The position numbers and the translations under genes were made by a program. From the NCBI GenBank assembly GCA_964016885.1, contig CAXHJY010000315.1, positions 1 to 64,000 on the forward strand: a stretch of 64,000 bases of DNA, given 5' to 3'. The stretch comes from Eledone cirrhosa (Eukaryota). The notes below the pieces were generated by a model. The model saw only the letters and a list, made by a program, of their open reading frames with translations. It was not told the DNA's origin and ran no database searches. Positions 12,035 through 27,498 of this stretch are shown in pieces; the stretch's first letter is position 1; each line of letters begins with the position of its first letter.

Positions 12035-12149
12035 ATTGTTATACTTTGGGAGGGTCATGTTGGCAACATGACCCTCCCAAAGTATAACAATATCGGTTTC
12101 AACACACGATTTCAGATAAAGAATCTTGCTAAACAAATTCAGAAACGAA

Positions 12150-12151
<2 letters not shown>
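12035..12151 (+). mobile_element. Family G foldback element
   Basis: ATTGTTATACTTTGGGAGGGTCATGTTG-G-CAACATGACCCTCCCAAAGTATAACAAT hairpin plus about 60-nt tail, in (TA)n. Confidence 0.85.
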
Positions 12152-12181
<30 letters not shown>

Positions 12182-12254
12182 TAACAAAATTATTTGCAGA
12201 ATTTGTGTTTCGGCTCTTTATGTACAGAGTTTAAATCCAGGGGTCGAAGATACA

Positions 12255-12673
12255 AGGTGGATTGGCAGTATCGGTAGAGGGTCGGACGCCATGCTTTGAC
12301 GCCATTCTGAGTTCAAATCCCGCCGAGGTTAACTTTGCCTTTCATCCTTACGGGGGTCGATGAAACAAAGTACCAGTAATGCACTGGGGTAATTGCTGGC
12401 CTTGTGCCTAAAATAGAAACAATTATTATATTTTGTATTGGTATTTGAGGGTTTCTCCTATTTATAGCTGTCCGAACGATTGGAAAAAATCTCACAACCT
12501 GTGTGGTTAATGATTATAAGATGAGGACTGATAAAATTGATTACACTAATTCCTTGAAATGTTTTAATTAATAAAATTAATAATTGTTTGTTTGTTTTTT
12601 GTTTGTTTTTGTTTTTCATAATCGAAACTGAATAAACTTCAAGCAATTTGTATTTCGGGATGGGGGGCGGGGG

Positions 12674-12731
<58 letters not shown>

Positions 12732-12911
12732 TTGGCAGTAACGGTAGAGGGTCGGACACCATGCTTTGACGCATAGAGTTACGGCCCTTGCCATTCTGAT
12801 TTCAAATCCCGACGAGGTTAACTTTGCCTTTCATCCTTAAAGAGTCGAGAAAATATAGTACAAGTAATGCACTGAGGTAATTGCTGGCCTTGTGCCAAAA
12901 CTAGAAACATT

Positions 12912-12949
<38 letters not shown>

Positions 12950-13133
12950 TATTATTTGGCAGTATCGGTAGAGGGTCGGACGCCATGCTTTGACGCATAT
13001 AGAGTTACAGCCCTTGCCATTCTGAGTTCAAATCCCGCCGAGGTTAACTTTGCCTTTCATTCTTACAGGGTCGATAAAATAAAGTACCAGTCACGCACTT
13101 GGGTCATTGCTGGCCTTGTGCCAAAACTAGAAA

Positions 13134-13135
<2 letters not shown>
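12255..13135 (+). mobile_element. Three SINE copies (12255-12428, 12730-12910, 12955-13135)
   Basis: A/B boxes and core as above, with (ATT)n or (ATC)n tails. Confidence 0.9.
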
Positions 13136-13172
<37 letters not shown>

Positions 13173-13563
13173 TATTATCATTATCATTATCATCAAAATT
13201 GTTAATTTATGTGGCTAATAGATTGTATTTTCCTGAGATACTCTCGTGAAATAAAATGTGGCACACCCACTCACTTAAAGATGGAGCCAATTGAAAAGCT
13301 CTACTTAATGAAGGTGGTTTCAGGTGAAACACAATAACCTACCTGGCTGCTACAATACATCTTCAGCATGGTAGGCGAAGATATATTTTATTCATCACCA
13401 TATATTATATTTTGAAAATACCTCCCCCCTGCATAGTGGAAATCTAATAATTATATATTGGCATATATTTCGTTACAGAGGAGTTTGTATATGTAAGCTG
13501 AAGTCTGTGTGGGTGTTAAGGGAGTAAAAGGTCTCTCTCCCTCTCTCTCTCTAACTCTCTCTC

Positions 13564-13678
<115 letters not shown>

Positions 13679-14439
13679 ATAATGATAAATTTGAAGACTA
13701 AAATCCAAAGAGGGCTCGATATATATATATATATATACACACACACATACATATAAGTATATATATGTATATATATATATGTATATATTTATAGATATAT
13801 AAGTATATATATGTATATATATATATGTATATATTTATAGATATATAAGTATATATATGTATATGTATATATTTATAAATATATAAGTATATATATGTAT
13901 ATATATATATGTATATATTTATAAATATATATGTATATGTATATATTTATAGATATATAAGTATATATGATGTATATATATATATATATATTTATATATA
14001 GATATATATGAATGCATGTATGATGTATATATATTAATGTATATATGACGTATATATATTTATGAATGTATATATGATGTCTATATATATATATTTATGA
14101 ATGTGTATATGATGTATATATATATATACATATATATAAATTTATGAATGTGTATATGATGTATGTATTTATATATATATTTATGAATGTATAAATGATG
14201 TGTATATATATATATACATGCAGATTAAGGAGCGTGTGAGTGTATGAGAAAAAAAGGCCTATATATATGTGTGTGTGTGTGTGTGTGCATGCTATAGGTG
14301 TGTGTATAAAGTCTATGTGGGGGTGCAACGGTGTAAGAAAAGAAATGGCGGTATAAAAAAAAAATTTAGAGATCTAGTTAATACTGATTTAGTTGTTAAT
14401 ATTATTTAACTATAGGAGATACACTGAAAGAATTTTAGC

Positions 14440-14485
<46 letters not shown>

Positions 14486-14514
14486 TGTGTGTAATATAAT
14501 ATAATATAATATAG

Positions 14515-14607
14515 TATAGAAATGGCTTCTACAGGACTAGAACTGTTTCATTTTGCTGTGTACCTTACTTACAGTGGTTTCCCCCCCTATTGAACCCGCG
14601 ATAAACA
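14515..14607 (+). mobile_element. Family B rearranged fragment
   Basis: Inverted arm TAGAAATGGCTTCTACAGGACTAGAACTGTTTCATT joined to tail GTACCTTACTTACAGTGGTT...ATTGAACCCGCGATAA. Homologous to 39693-39880 and 40720-40920. Confidence 0.75.
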
Positions 14608-14664
14608 CACACATATATATATATATATAAATATAAATACATATACAGGATGTGAGTTGTTGAT

Positions 14665-14716
<52 letters not shown>

Positions 14717-14772
14717 TGTACGTGTGTAAATTTATATTCCATATTATATATTAAATATATACATTAAATATA

Positions 14773-14812
<40 letters not shown>

Positions 14813-14815
<3 letters not shown>

Positions 14816-14999
14816 CGAAGGAAATGTGGTAAGGAACCAGGTGGACCATAACGCACCAAAGTACTCAATACTTAGGGTAGTAGAGTGGGTAATAGGAACG
14901 AGTAGGACCCCCGACGGCTGAGCTCAAGCCGTTTCGACGGCTAAGTCCAGAATTAGCCGTCGAAAGGGCTTAAGCTCAGCCGTCGGGGTCCTACTCGTT

Positions 15000-15004
<5 letters not shown>
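14813..15004 (-). mobile_element. Family A foldback element
   Basis: Long arm on - strand, hairpin centre GACGGCTAA-GTCCAGAA-TTAGCCGTC, short arm ending TTCCTAT at (TA)n. Confidence 0.9.
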
Positions 15005-15040
<36 letters not shown>

Positions 15041-15310
15041 TAACTAGAATTATAAGCTTTCGCTGTAATTCATGTAGAGAAATCTAATAGTATATATAAC
15101 AAGGTATATAAGTGCACCATAGCGGAAGAAAATGAGGATTTACACAGGTGGGGAGGTTCATATAATGGGCGAGCACACTTATCTAGAAATTAGGAGACGT
15201 GTGTTCGATTCCCATCAATACTGATATCCATTTGTGTCAGTTATGAGGGATTATATATCTTGTTAATACACAATTTTCTGTAGTCAAAATACGGCGAAAG
15301 AGTTTAAATC

Positions 15311-15357
<47 letters not shown>

Positions 15358-15359
<2 letters not shown>

Positions 15360-15497
15360 GAAAAAGTATGACCCCGACGGCAGAGCTCAAGCCATTACGA
15401 CGGCTATTTCTGGACTATTTCCCACTCTACCACCCTATATATTGAGTACTCTGGTGCGTTATGGTCCATCTGGTTCCTTACCACAATTCCTTTGTTA
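15358..15497 (+). mobile_element. Family A inverted arm joined to tail
   Basis: AGGAAAAAGTATGACCCCGACGG... followed by CCCACTCTAC...TATTGAGTAC...CCTTTGTTA. Confidence 0.85.
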
Positions 15498-15513
15498 TAT
15501 ATGTATATATATA

Positions 15514-15561
<48 letters not shown>

Positions 15562-15599
15562 TATTTATATACATACATAGATATATATATATATTTATG

Positions 15600-15631
<32 letters not shown>

Positions 15632-15787
15632 TATATTTATAAACGTATATATATACAAATATAAATATAGATTTATATATATATAGACATATATGTGTGC
15701 GTACGTGTGTGTATGTGTTTGTGATTGTGTGTTTATATATACATTCAGGTATGCATGTATATAACTATGCGTATATATACATGTTTG

Positions 15788-15855
<68 letters not shown>

Positions 15856-15967
15856 ATTTGTGTATGTATATATTCTATAAATGCATAAGTTTATATATTG
15901 GTACATTTAGTTATATATATTTACACGGGCACCCATCTGTATATATGCATATATATGCATATATATG

Positions 15968-16002
<35 letters not shown>

Positions 16003-16137
16003 GTGTATGTATATATGTATATGTATATGTATATATATAATATGTATATGGTTCATATAAATATATATATATATATAATGCATACTTACAAACATACATG
16101 TAGATATATATTTATTTATATATATATGTATAAGTAT

Positions 16138-16183
<46 letters not shown>

Positions 16184-16381
16184 TTATACATATATACTTA
16201 TACATATATACTTATACATATATACTTATATATATATACTTATATATATATACTTATACATATATACTTATATATATATATACTTATATATACATACTTA
16301 TATATATATATATACCTATATATAATCTTATAAACTTACAACCCCCCCCCCCCCAACACACACACATACACATACGCACAC

Positions 16382-16454
<73 letters not shown>

Positions 16455-16632
16455 AATATATACATGTATCTATATGTAAAGAGTTTCAGGCAGGAGACTA
16501 GACTATATAAGAAACGAAACCTCGGTCCAATGTTCTGTGGGTATATAATACACTACATAATTACTGTGTGGTTACTGTAATAATTTAAAGTTATATATAC
16601 TACACATAGAATATAGTCTCTCCTGCATATAT

Positions 16633-16663
<31 letters not shown>

Positions 16664-16721
16664 CATATATCAGATCTCATCAATTATTAATATTATTATT
16701 AATATATATATATATATTATA

Positions 16722-16778
<57 letters not shown>

Positions 16779-16868
16779 TTGTGTGTTTGTGTCTGTGCAT
16801 ATATAGTGTACATTCAAATATATATATATATATGCATGTATACACACAACACACACAAATATCTATAT

Positions 16869-16945
<77 letters not shown>

Positions 16946-16951
16946 ATATAA

Positions 16952-17016
<65 letters not shown>

Positions 17017-17092
17017 ATATAAATATATAATATATATATATATTAATAATAATATTAATAATTGATGAGATCTGATATATGTATATTTCATA

Positions 17093-17139
<47 letters not shown>

Positions 17140-17177
17140 CTAGGTGTTATATAGGTGCTTTTATATATATATATAAG

Positions 17178-17208
<31 letters not shown>

Positions 17209-17238
17209 ACGTATATATATATATATATGTGTGTGTAC

Positions 17239-17316
<78 letters not shown>

Positions 17317-17383
17317 ATATATATATATATATATGTATGTATATATATATATATGTATATATATATGTATGTATATATGTATG

Positions 17384-17520
<137 letters not shown>

Positions 17521-17779
17521 GTATATACGTATGTATATATATATATATATGTGTGTGTATATATATGTGTGTATATATATATATATACATACATATATAC
17601 ATATATATACATATATATATACTTATATATATATATATATGAGCACTTATATAACACCTAGTTATATATACATATGCAATAAATATGTAATACGCCTCTA
17701 GGCATGTTCCCGCTCAATCACGTTGGTATACATAGATATGTGTATATATATACATAGATATGTATATATGTATATATAG

Positions 17780-17810
<31 letters not shown>

Positions 17811-18117
17811 GATATGTATATGTGTATATATAGATATTATATATAGATATATATACATAGATATGTATATATATATATACATAGATATGTATATATGTAT
17901 ATATAGATATTATATATAGATATGTATACATATCTATGTATATATATATATACATAGATATGTATATATGTATATATATTATATATAGATATATATACAT
18001 AGATATGTATATATATATATATATGTATATATTGATATGTGCACTGAGGCACATGTGGATTTACTTACGTAAGCAACAATAGATGTACGTGCATCGTTAT
18101 ATATATATACACATATA

Positions 18118-18149
<32 letters not shown>

Positions 18150-18202
18150 CATATATATATATACATATATATATATACATATATATATATACATATATAT
18201 AC

Positions 18203-18285
<83 letters not shown>

Positions 18286-18317
18286 TATATATACACATAC
18301 ATATATATACACATATA

Positions 18318-18371
<54 letters not shown>

Positions 18372-18501
18372 TATATATATATGCACATATATAAATATTT
18401 ATTTGTATATATACATATATATGTATATATATATGTGTATATATATATATGTGTGTATATATATATATATATGTGTGTATATATATATATATATATGTGT
18501 G

Positions 18502-18554
<53 letters not shown>

Positions 18555-18601
18555 TTATGTATATATAGATATGTGTGTATATATATATATATGTGTGTGT
18601 G

Positions 18602-20528
18602 TAAAATAAAGTACCAGTAATGTACTGGGTAATTGCTGGCCTTGTGCCTAAAGTAGAAACAATTATTACACATTCATAACACCGACTTCTATCTACTCAC
18701 ATAACCACTAACCTCTAAAGGACCACCTACGTAACCTCTCAACTGCTAAAAGTAGCAGTCATATTCAAATCTCAAACCATTCTGTCATACTCTCTTTTAA
18801 AGGTCATTCGTCGATTGGCAGTATCGGTAGAGGGTCGGACGCCATGCTTTGACGCAAAGAGTTACGGCCCTTGCCATTCTGAGTTCAAATCCCGCCAAGG
18901 TTAACTTTGCCTTTCATCCTTACGGGGTCGATAAAAATAAAGTACCAGTAATGCACTGGTTAATTGCTGGCCTTGTGCCTAAAGTAGAAACAATTATGTA
19001 TGAAATAAAAAGAAACTCGTGATGATCATGGCTAGAATGTATTTGATTATTAGTCTTGTCGGATAAGGGTGGTGAATTGGCAGTATCGGTTGTAGCTCGG
19101 ACGCCATGCTTTGCAGCATAGAGTTACAGCCCTTTACGGTCTGAGTTCAAATCCCGTCGAGATTAACTTTCCTTTTCATCCGTACGGAGTCGATAAAATA
19201 AAGTACCAGTCACGCACTGGGCTCGATTTAATCGATTGTCTCCTCCCCCAAAATTGCTGGCCTCGTGGCTATATAAGAAACCCTTATTCGTCTTCTCGGT
19301 GAATTGATCAGTATCGGTAGAGGGGTGGACGCCACGCTTTCTAGCATAGTTACGTCCCTTTACGGTCTGAGTTCAAATCCCGTCGAGATTAACTTTGCCT
19401 TTCATCCTTACGGGGGTCAATAAAATAAAGTACCAGTAATGTACTGGGGTAATTGTTGGCCTTGTGCCAAAAGTAGAAACAGTTATTGGTCTTCTCAGTC
19501 TGTGTTTCCTGAGACTAAACCACCATAAGGACAACCAGACATTTTACAATCTTCTGGCGCCTCATAGAAATGCGTAAGGTGGTTCGCATTGTGTATTCAA
19601 TATATATGGCGGTGTTTCCCAGTAATCGGTAGAGCATCGAACAATATGCTTTGTGGCATATAATTACTGTCCTTTGTGTTCTGAGTTCAAATCCCACCCT
19701 GGAATCGGTAGAGCGTCGGACAATATGCTTTGTAGCATATAGTTACGGTCCTTTGTGTTCTGAGTTCAAATCCTGCCTGGGTTAGCTTTGCCTTTTATCC
19801 ATACTGGGTCGATAAAATAAAGTACCAGTAACGAACTGGGGTCTGTTTAACCGACTTCCACTCCCCCCAAATTGTTGGACCCGTGCCCATCTCAAAACCC
19901 ATTGTCTATACAATGTATAGGGTGGGTGGTAGATCGACAGTATTGGTAGAATATCGGACAGCATGCTTTGCGGCATATTGTTACGGCCCTTTTCATTCTT
20001 AGATCAAACCCTGCCAAAGTTAGCTTTGCCTTTCATTCTTATGGGGTCGATAATGGGATGGGGCTTGTTATTATTATTATTATTATTATATATTTTGAAG
20101 GAGGGGGTAGTTTGCTCTTATGATGTCCACTTCCACCCTATCTCTTGTAGCAAATATAAGATATTGTTATTATTATACTTTACACGGATTGGCAGTATCG
20201 GTAGAGAGTCGGACGCCATGCTTTCCAGCATAGTTACGTCCCTTTACGGTCTGAGTTCAAATCCCGCCGAGGTTGACTTTGCCTTTCATCCTTACGGGGT
20301 CGATAAAATAAAGTACCAGTAATGCACTGGGTAATTGCTGGCCTTGTGCCTAAGGTAGAAACAATTATTTCGGCCCTTTACATTCTGAGTTCAAATCCCA
20401 CCGAGGTCAGCTTTGCCTTTCATCCTTACGGAGTCTATAAAATAAAGTACCAGTAATGGGGGTCGATTTAAACGACATTTCCCTTGTCATGAAATTGCTG
20501 GCCTTGAGCCAAAAGTCGACACAATTAT
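18602..20528 (+). mobile_element. Dense same-orientation SINE cluster (about 9 full or partial copies)
   Basis: Copies at about 18602, 18813, 19068, 19297, 19608, 19702, 19925, 20186 and 20371, each carrying some of the A-box, B-box and core. Confidence 0.9.
19499..19573 (+). CDS. Weak candidate 75-nt symmetric exon (LCFLRLNHHKDNQTFYNLLAPHRN)
   Basis: TCTTCTCAG acceptor, GC|GTAAGG donor, open frame, unique island between SINEs. The pyrimidine tract is short. Confidence 0.25.
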
Positions 20529-20864
20529 GTATGCAATGTATGCAGTGTATGCAGTGTATGCAGTGTATGTAAAGTATGCAGCAGAGCCAGTTCTATATTT
20601 AGTTAGGTGCACCTATGAAATGTAGCCCACACATTGTCGCCCACAATGAAATATAGAGTAGGAGGCAGCTGAGGTAGGAGTCGCTAGATGTCGAGGGGGG
20701 GGGGGAGTAACGTTGTTGCAGTTTGCTGCTAACGTCTCCCTCTTCACAGAAATACATTTTGGGAAAGTCACCTTCAATTCTATTATAATATTTCATTAGT
20801 CCATCAAAGCCATTTATTTCTCAAGCACAAGCTTCTCTCTCTCTCTCTCTCTCCCTCTCTCCCT

Positions 20865-21041
20865 CCTTCGTGAACTTTCTTTTCTCATAAGCTTCTCCTC
20901 TGTCTTTATCTTTATTATTGGTCTCTCTCTCTTTCTCTCTCTCTCTCCCTCTCTCTCTCTCTCTCTCCCTCTCTCCCTCCTTCGTGAACTTTCTTTTCTC
21001 ATAAGCTTCTCCTCTGTCTTTATCTTTATCATTGGTCTCTC

Positions 21042-21072
<31 letters not shown>

Positions 21073-21140
21073 CACACACTCTCTCCCTCCTTCGTGAACT
21101 TTCTTTTCTCATAAGCTTCTCTGTCTTTATCTTTATCATT

Positions 21141-21228
<88 letters not shown>

Positions 21229-21285
21229 TCGTGAACTTTCTTTTCTCATAAGCTTCTCTGTCTTTATCTTTATCATTGATCTCTC
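20865..21285. repeat. About 110-140-bp CT-rich tandem repeat, 4 copies
   Basis: CCTTCGTGAACTTTCTTTTCTCATAAGCTTCT occurs 4 times, separated by (CT)n. Confidence 0.9.
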
Positions 21286-21468
21286 TCTCTTTCTCTCTCT
21301 CTCTATCTATCTACCCCCCCCCCCCCCGCATCTCTCTCGCTTTACAATAAAATATGTCAGTCTGTCTGAATATTTCTATGATTCTGCCTTTACTTTCTCA
21401 TTGATCTCTCTCACTATGACTCCCTCTCTCACTATATCTCTCTCTATATATATATATCCCTCTCTCTC

Positions 21469-21517
<49 letters not shown>

Positions 21518-22063
21518 CCCTCTATCTCTCACACACACTCTCTATAACTTTATAATAAAACATGTCAGTCTTTCTGAATACTTCTGACTATATCTTTACC
21601 CTTCTCGTTGTTCTCTCTCACTAACTCTAACTATGTCTCACTATCTCTCCTCTCCCTCTCTCACTATATATATATCTCACTCTCTCTCTATCTCCCTAAT
21701 ATCCGCCTCTCCCCCCCCCCCCTCGCTCTCACACAATCACTCTCTATAACTTTACAATATAATATGTCGGTCTCTCTCACATCATCTATGACTCTGTCTT
21801 CAAATTTCTAATGTCACCTTGATTATGTTTGGCCTACAAGAGAAAGAAATATGTTTCCGTGTAGTTGTTGTTCATATTGCTACTGTTGTGTGTCTTGCTT
21901 AAGATGTAGTGATAGAGCTGGGGGTGAAGAGTTGGAGCTGGTGTTCGATGTATTGATTAGGAATAGAACATTTGTCCACCACACACACTACCATTTTTTA
22001 CACCATAATCTTTGTTTCTAGCCAAAAGTATATAACACTGGAAGATATATATATAATTATATT

Positions 22064-22119
<56 letters not shown>

Positions 22120-22121
<2 letters not shown>

Positions 22122-22313
22122 GAACAAGTATGACCCCGACGGCAGAGCTCAAGCCGTTTTCGACGGCTAATTCAGTCCAGAATAGCCGTCGAAACGGCTT
22201 GAGCTCTGCCGTCGGGGGTCATACTTGGTCCTATTACCCACTCTACTACCCTAAGTATTGAGTACTTTGGTGCGTTATGGTCCATCTGGTTGCTTACCAC
22301 GTTTCCTTCGTTA
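22120..22313 (+). mobile_element. Family A foldback element with hammerhead 3' half
   Basis: Inverted arm, then TAGCCGTC-GAAAC-GGC ttgagctct GCC-GTC-GGGGGTC (22191-22220), then an 80-nt tail. Confidence 0.9.
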
Positions 22314-22667
22314 TATATATATATTACTAAAACTCTGTGATTGCGTGCTTGTCTTTAATGTAATATAGCCAAAACTGGCGCATAATGGGAAAAACACTTT
22401 GAAAATAATTTTCAAATGAAATGGGAATACAAATGGAATAAAACAAGTTTTGCGTAAATCGAAGCACGGGACCTCGAGATACGGGATTTTTCTGCGTACC
22501 TTCATAAATAGCAAACAACTCCGTGATAACCTATAACGCTCTCTATATATTATAACTCCCTCTCTCTCTATAATAACCCTCTCTCTTTTTATATATTATA
22601 ACCCTCTATATATATAAAATATATATATATATATTTTTTTTTTTTATATCGATATTTGTTTCGGGCA

Positions 22668-22789
22668 TCCACTGATGATTTATAAGTGCCCACCTACATA
22701 TATTCCTACGGACTATGTGTCGGCTTCTACATAACCTGGACATTATTTTCCCAATTTGTAGAAACTTATAATGAAACGATCGTTATGGA
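22668..22789 (+). ncRNA. Type-I hammerhead ribozyme with long stem-II insert, family H
   Basis: TCCA-CTGATGA-T TTATAAGT...ACTTATAA T-GAAAC-GATC-GTT-(A)TGGA. The second copy (36074-36342, -) reads GTT-TGGA without the extra A. The element extends to about 22970. Confidence 0.7.
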
Positions 22790-23052
22790 AAAAGAGATGT
22801 ATTTTAATTATGTCTCATATAAATTAATACAACTGGCTATCCGCAAAATACGTATAGTTAGCACCCCAAACGTATAATTGGGATTGTACTAAGGTATATC
22901 CTAATGTTTGTTGAGTGAGACGGAAGCCGGTCGGAGTATTGCTTAAAGCTTTCTCTGTTAATGTATTAAATATATAAATATATATATATTACTAGACTAT
23001 CCGTGACCAAACGGGTCATGGGTGGTCTAGTACATAATAAATATATACTCAT

Positions 23053-23460
23053 ATGGCTGTGTGGTTGAAGAGTTTGCTAAGCAATTACGTGGACTCGGGT
23101 TCGGTCCAACCACGTGGAATTTAGACAAATGGTTTGTCAGACAATTTTGGCTAACGGAAACTGTACAAAAGTTACATCAGACATATAAATACGTATGTGT
23201 CTACATTTCAGTATGGCATATATATGGTTTATTGTAGTTGTTGGTGTTTTGGGGCTTTCGTCATCTCTAACGTGTAATGATCCAGTTGATTCAATCAACA
23301 GAACTGTTTATCTAGGAAATTAAAGTATAAGTAGCTGAGCATTTCACAGACACGTGCACCATTAACGTAGGTCACAGAGAAATTTAATTTTTTTTATATA
23401 ATACGTGACAAAGTTGGGTCCTTCAAATACAGATACAACTCATTTTTGCCAACTGAGTAT
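23053..23460 (+). mobile_element. Old, different tRNA-derived SINE or composite
   Basis: A-box-like TGGCTGTGTGGT and B-box-like GGTTCGGTCC, followed by a degraded body. Confidence 0.5.
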
Positions 23461-23728
23461 GTTGCGTCTGTTATATCTTCTGATAAAAATTATCAGAGAT
23501 CTGACTGACGTTACAGTCACATTGAGTCTTACATGTCACAGTCACATTGATCCCTGTATCAAGAACTATAGATCAAATTGAATCCTGCACGAAGACAGGA
23601 AGAAATCAAAATTCTTTTATGCCGACCAACATGAACATACGTGTGATGCATCGTTCGATTCCCCGAAAGCATTTCTCTCTACATTTTTTCTCTCTCCAGG
23701 GATTTAACTAGTAACATATCCATCTCTT

Positions 23729-23785
<57 letters not shown>

Positions 23786-23797
23786 CCCCCACACACA

Positions 23798-23843
<46 letters not shown>

Positions 23844-23907
23844 CCTCCCTCCGCTCAAACTAAACTTCAACATATAGTGTTTGTGAGTGTTGGAATGTGT
23901 GTATGTA

Positions 23908-23950
<43 letters not shown>

Positions 23951-24287
23951 GTGTGTGTGTGTGTATATATATGTGTGTATGTGTATATATATGTGTATAT
24001 ATATGTGTATATATATGTGTGTGTGTGTATATAAATGTGTATATATATGTGTGTGTGTATATATATGTGTGTGTGTGTATATATATGTGTGTGTGTGTAT
24101 ATATATGTGTATATATATGTGTTTGTGTGTATATATATGTATATGTGTGTGTATATATATGTGTATATATATATGTGTGTGTATATATATGTGTATATAT
24201 ATATATATCTGTGTGTATATATATGTGTATATATATGTGTGTGTATATATATGGGTATATATATGTGTGTGTGTGTATATATATGTG

Positions 24288-24318
<31 letters not shown>

Positions 24319-24331
24319 GTATATATATATA

Positions 24332-24399
<68 letters not shown>

Positions 24400-25317
24400 C
24401 AAAGATAGACTTATGTTGAGTAATATATATATAGAGAGAGCGAGCGAGTGTGTGAGAGTTTAATAATCTAACGTAATATATGAGAAATATGTAAGTATTC
24501 ACAAATGCATAGATTGCGTTTCCAACCAAAAATAGAAATTTAGAAGTCTGCATAGAAATGAAGGTGAACTACTAAAACGAAATTTGGCAATGTTGTAGTG
24601 TGACTGATATTGAATAAATAATAATTAGTATTATTATCATAACAGAAAAAAGATGTGAGTGGTGGACATAAATTGAAACATTCCACCACAAATAGAGAGA
24701 GGGGGGAGAGAGAGAGGAGGGGGGAGTGTGTCAGATTGAAGTCGGTGGTTTGTGTGTGTGTGTGTGCTTGAGAGAGGGGAGGGAGAAAGAGAGAGTGGTA
24801 CAGAGAGAGAGAAATAGAAGTCGGTGGTGTGTGTTTGTGTATGTGTGCGTGTATGTGTGTATGTGTGTAAATGCGTGTGTATCTGAGAGAGAGAGTGTGT
24901 GTGTGTGTGTGTGGAACAGAGAGAAAGAGAGAAATGGAAGTCGGTGATGTGTATGTGTGAATGTATATGTGTGTCTGAGAGAGAGAGAGAAAGAGGTGCG
25001 TGTGTTTGTATATGTGTGTGTATGTATGCGTGTGTATGTGAGAGAGAGAGAGGGGTGGAAATAGGTGTTGTGTGTGTGTTTGTGTATGCGTGTGTGTGAG
25101 AGAGAGGGGGTGGGAATAGGTTGTGTGTGTTTGTGTATGTGTGTGTATGTATGCGTGTGTGTGTGTGTGAGTGTTTGTGAGTGTTTGTGTATGTATGTGT
25201 GAGATAGGAGTTTTGGCTGATGAAACTGTGGCGTTGGAAAGAGATGGATTGATGGAAAAAGAAAGAAAAAGAGAGGACATGGAAAGAGAGAATAATGGGA
25301 GTGGTTAGAGGAGAGAG

Positions 25318-25365
<48 letters not shown>

Positions 25366-25398
25366 ATATATGTATGTATATTGATATATGTATGTATA

Positions 25399-25474
25399 TT
25401 GTCAAGTATGAAATTTGTAGAAATTTGTGGAGGTTTTCTACAAATTTCTACAAATTTCATACTTGACGACCCAA
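25399..25474. mobile_element. Second mariner-like MITE copy
   Basis: GTCAAGTATGAAATTTGTAGAAA ... TTTCTACAAATTTCATACTTGACGACCCAA-TA. Confidence 0.55.
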
Positions 25475-26356
25475 TATATATATATATATGTATGTATATA
25501 GTGTAAATAAAGTTTATACGTACATACAGACAGACATAAATACATACATACATAAATACATATATACATACATAAATACATATATACATACATACATACA
25601 GACAGACATAAATACATACATACATAAACACATATATACATACATACATAAATACATATATACATACATACATATATACAGACATAGATATATATAGATA
25701 TATACATAAATACATACATACATACATACATACATACATGCATACGTATATACATACATACATACATACATACATAAATATAGACATACATATATACATA
25801 CATAGATAAATACATACATACATACACACATACATACATACATACATATACATACATACATATATACATACATGCATGCATGCATACATACATATATAGA
25901 GAGAGAGAGTCAATAAGGAAGTTAAGGTAGTGAAACTGTGGAGGTGTAGTAAGAGTCAGAAATACAAGGATAGAGGGGGAAGGAGGATTTAATGGGGAGG
26001 GGTGACAGAGAAGGAAAGAGAAAGAAAGTAAAGGGTGGAAGTTAAAATAGAGGAGTGTGTGTGTGTACGTGTATGTGTGTGTGTGTGTGTGCGTGCATGT
26101 GTGTGTGGTGTATATGTATGTGTGTGTGAGTGTGTGGGCATGTGTGTGTGTGTGTGTGTGAGTGTGTGTGGTGTGTGTGTGGTGTGTATATGTGTGTGTG
26201 TGTGTGAGTGTGTGTGTGGTGTATGTGTGTGGTGTGTGTGGTGTGTGTGGTGTGTGTGGTTTGTATATGCGTGAGTGTGTGTGTGTGTGGTGCGTCTGTG
26301 TGTGGTGTGTGTGGTGTGTATATGTGTGTGTGTGAGTGCGTGTGTGGTGTGTGTGT

Positions 26357-26428
<72 letters not shown>

Positions 26429-26842
26429 AGTGTGTGTGTTAGAAAGTGGAAACTATGGAAAGGCGTCATTGGAGTACAGTGAATATAGAGTTTGAAATGA
26501 GGCTGGAAATAGAGAGAGAGAGAGAGATGGAGAGTTTGATTGTAATAGAGTGAGAGAGGAAGGAAATGGAGAGAGAGAGAGATGTATGAGAGGGAGTGAA
26601 TATGGGTATGAGAGAGAGTGGGGGTGAGATAGAGAGAGGGTGAGAGGAAGGGAGTGGAGAGAGAGAAAGATACGAAGGAGAGTGAATAAGAGTGTGAGAG
26701 AGAACGACAGAGAGAGAGGGAGAGAGAGAGAGAGAGTGAGAGAGAACGACAGAGAGAGAAAGAGTGAGAGAGAGAACCACAGAGAGAGAATGATAGAGGA
26801 AGGAAGTGAATAAGAGTGTGAGGGAGAGTGAGAGAAGGATAG

Positions 26843-27125
26843 ATATATTTCTTTATTAGCCACAGGGGCACAAAAGAAGGGGACAAATACAAAGGGGGAA
26901 GTTTACATACAATAAAAACGTGTAAAATGTTATCACAGATGGAATTTAAAAGTTAGTCGATTTTCCCCAATAGAGGGAGACAGTTCATATGGGTAACACA
27001 TACCCCCGAAAAAAAATGTGCAACCCTCATCTCCAGGAGTACGAAGAGTTTGTACTCCTTTCCTCTCCTCCTCCTTTTCCTCAACCTACAGGCTGATATA
27101 GAGAGAAGGCCCATTCACTCGGGAG
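26843..27125 (-). mobile_element. LINE 3' end (same family as 3350-3745)
   Basis: Near-identical reverse complement including RVNGPSLYISL* and AATAAAGAAAT. Confidence 0.8.
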
Positions 27126-27275
27126 AAGGATAGATAGATAGAGAAGGATAGATAGATAGAGAGATAGATAGATAGATATATATATATAGAGAGAGAGAGA
27201 TAGAAAGAGAGAGAGAGATTTAGAGATTGAGAGAGGAAGAAAGAGAGAGAGAGAGAGATGGATGGATAGACAGAC

Positions 27276-27306
<31 letters not shown>

Positions 27307-27419
27307 CAGAGAGAGAGATAGAGAGATAGATAAATAGATAGACAGACAGACATATATATATATATAGAGAGAGAGAGAGGGAGAGATAGAGAGATAGATA
27401 AATAGACAGACAGACAGAC

Positions 27420-27498
<79 letters not shown>

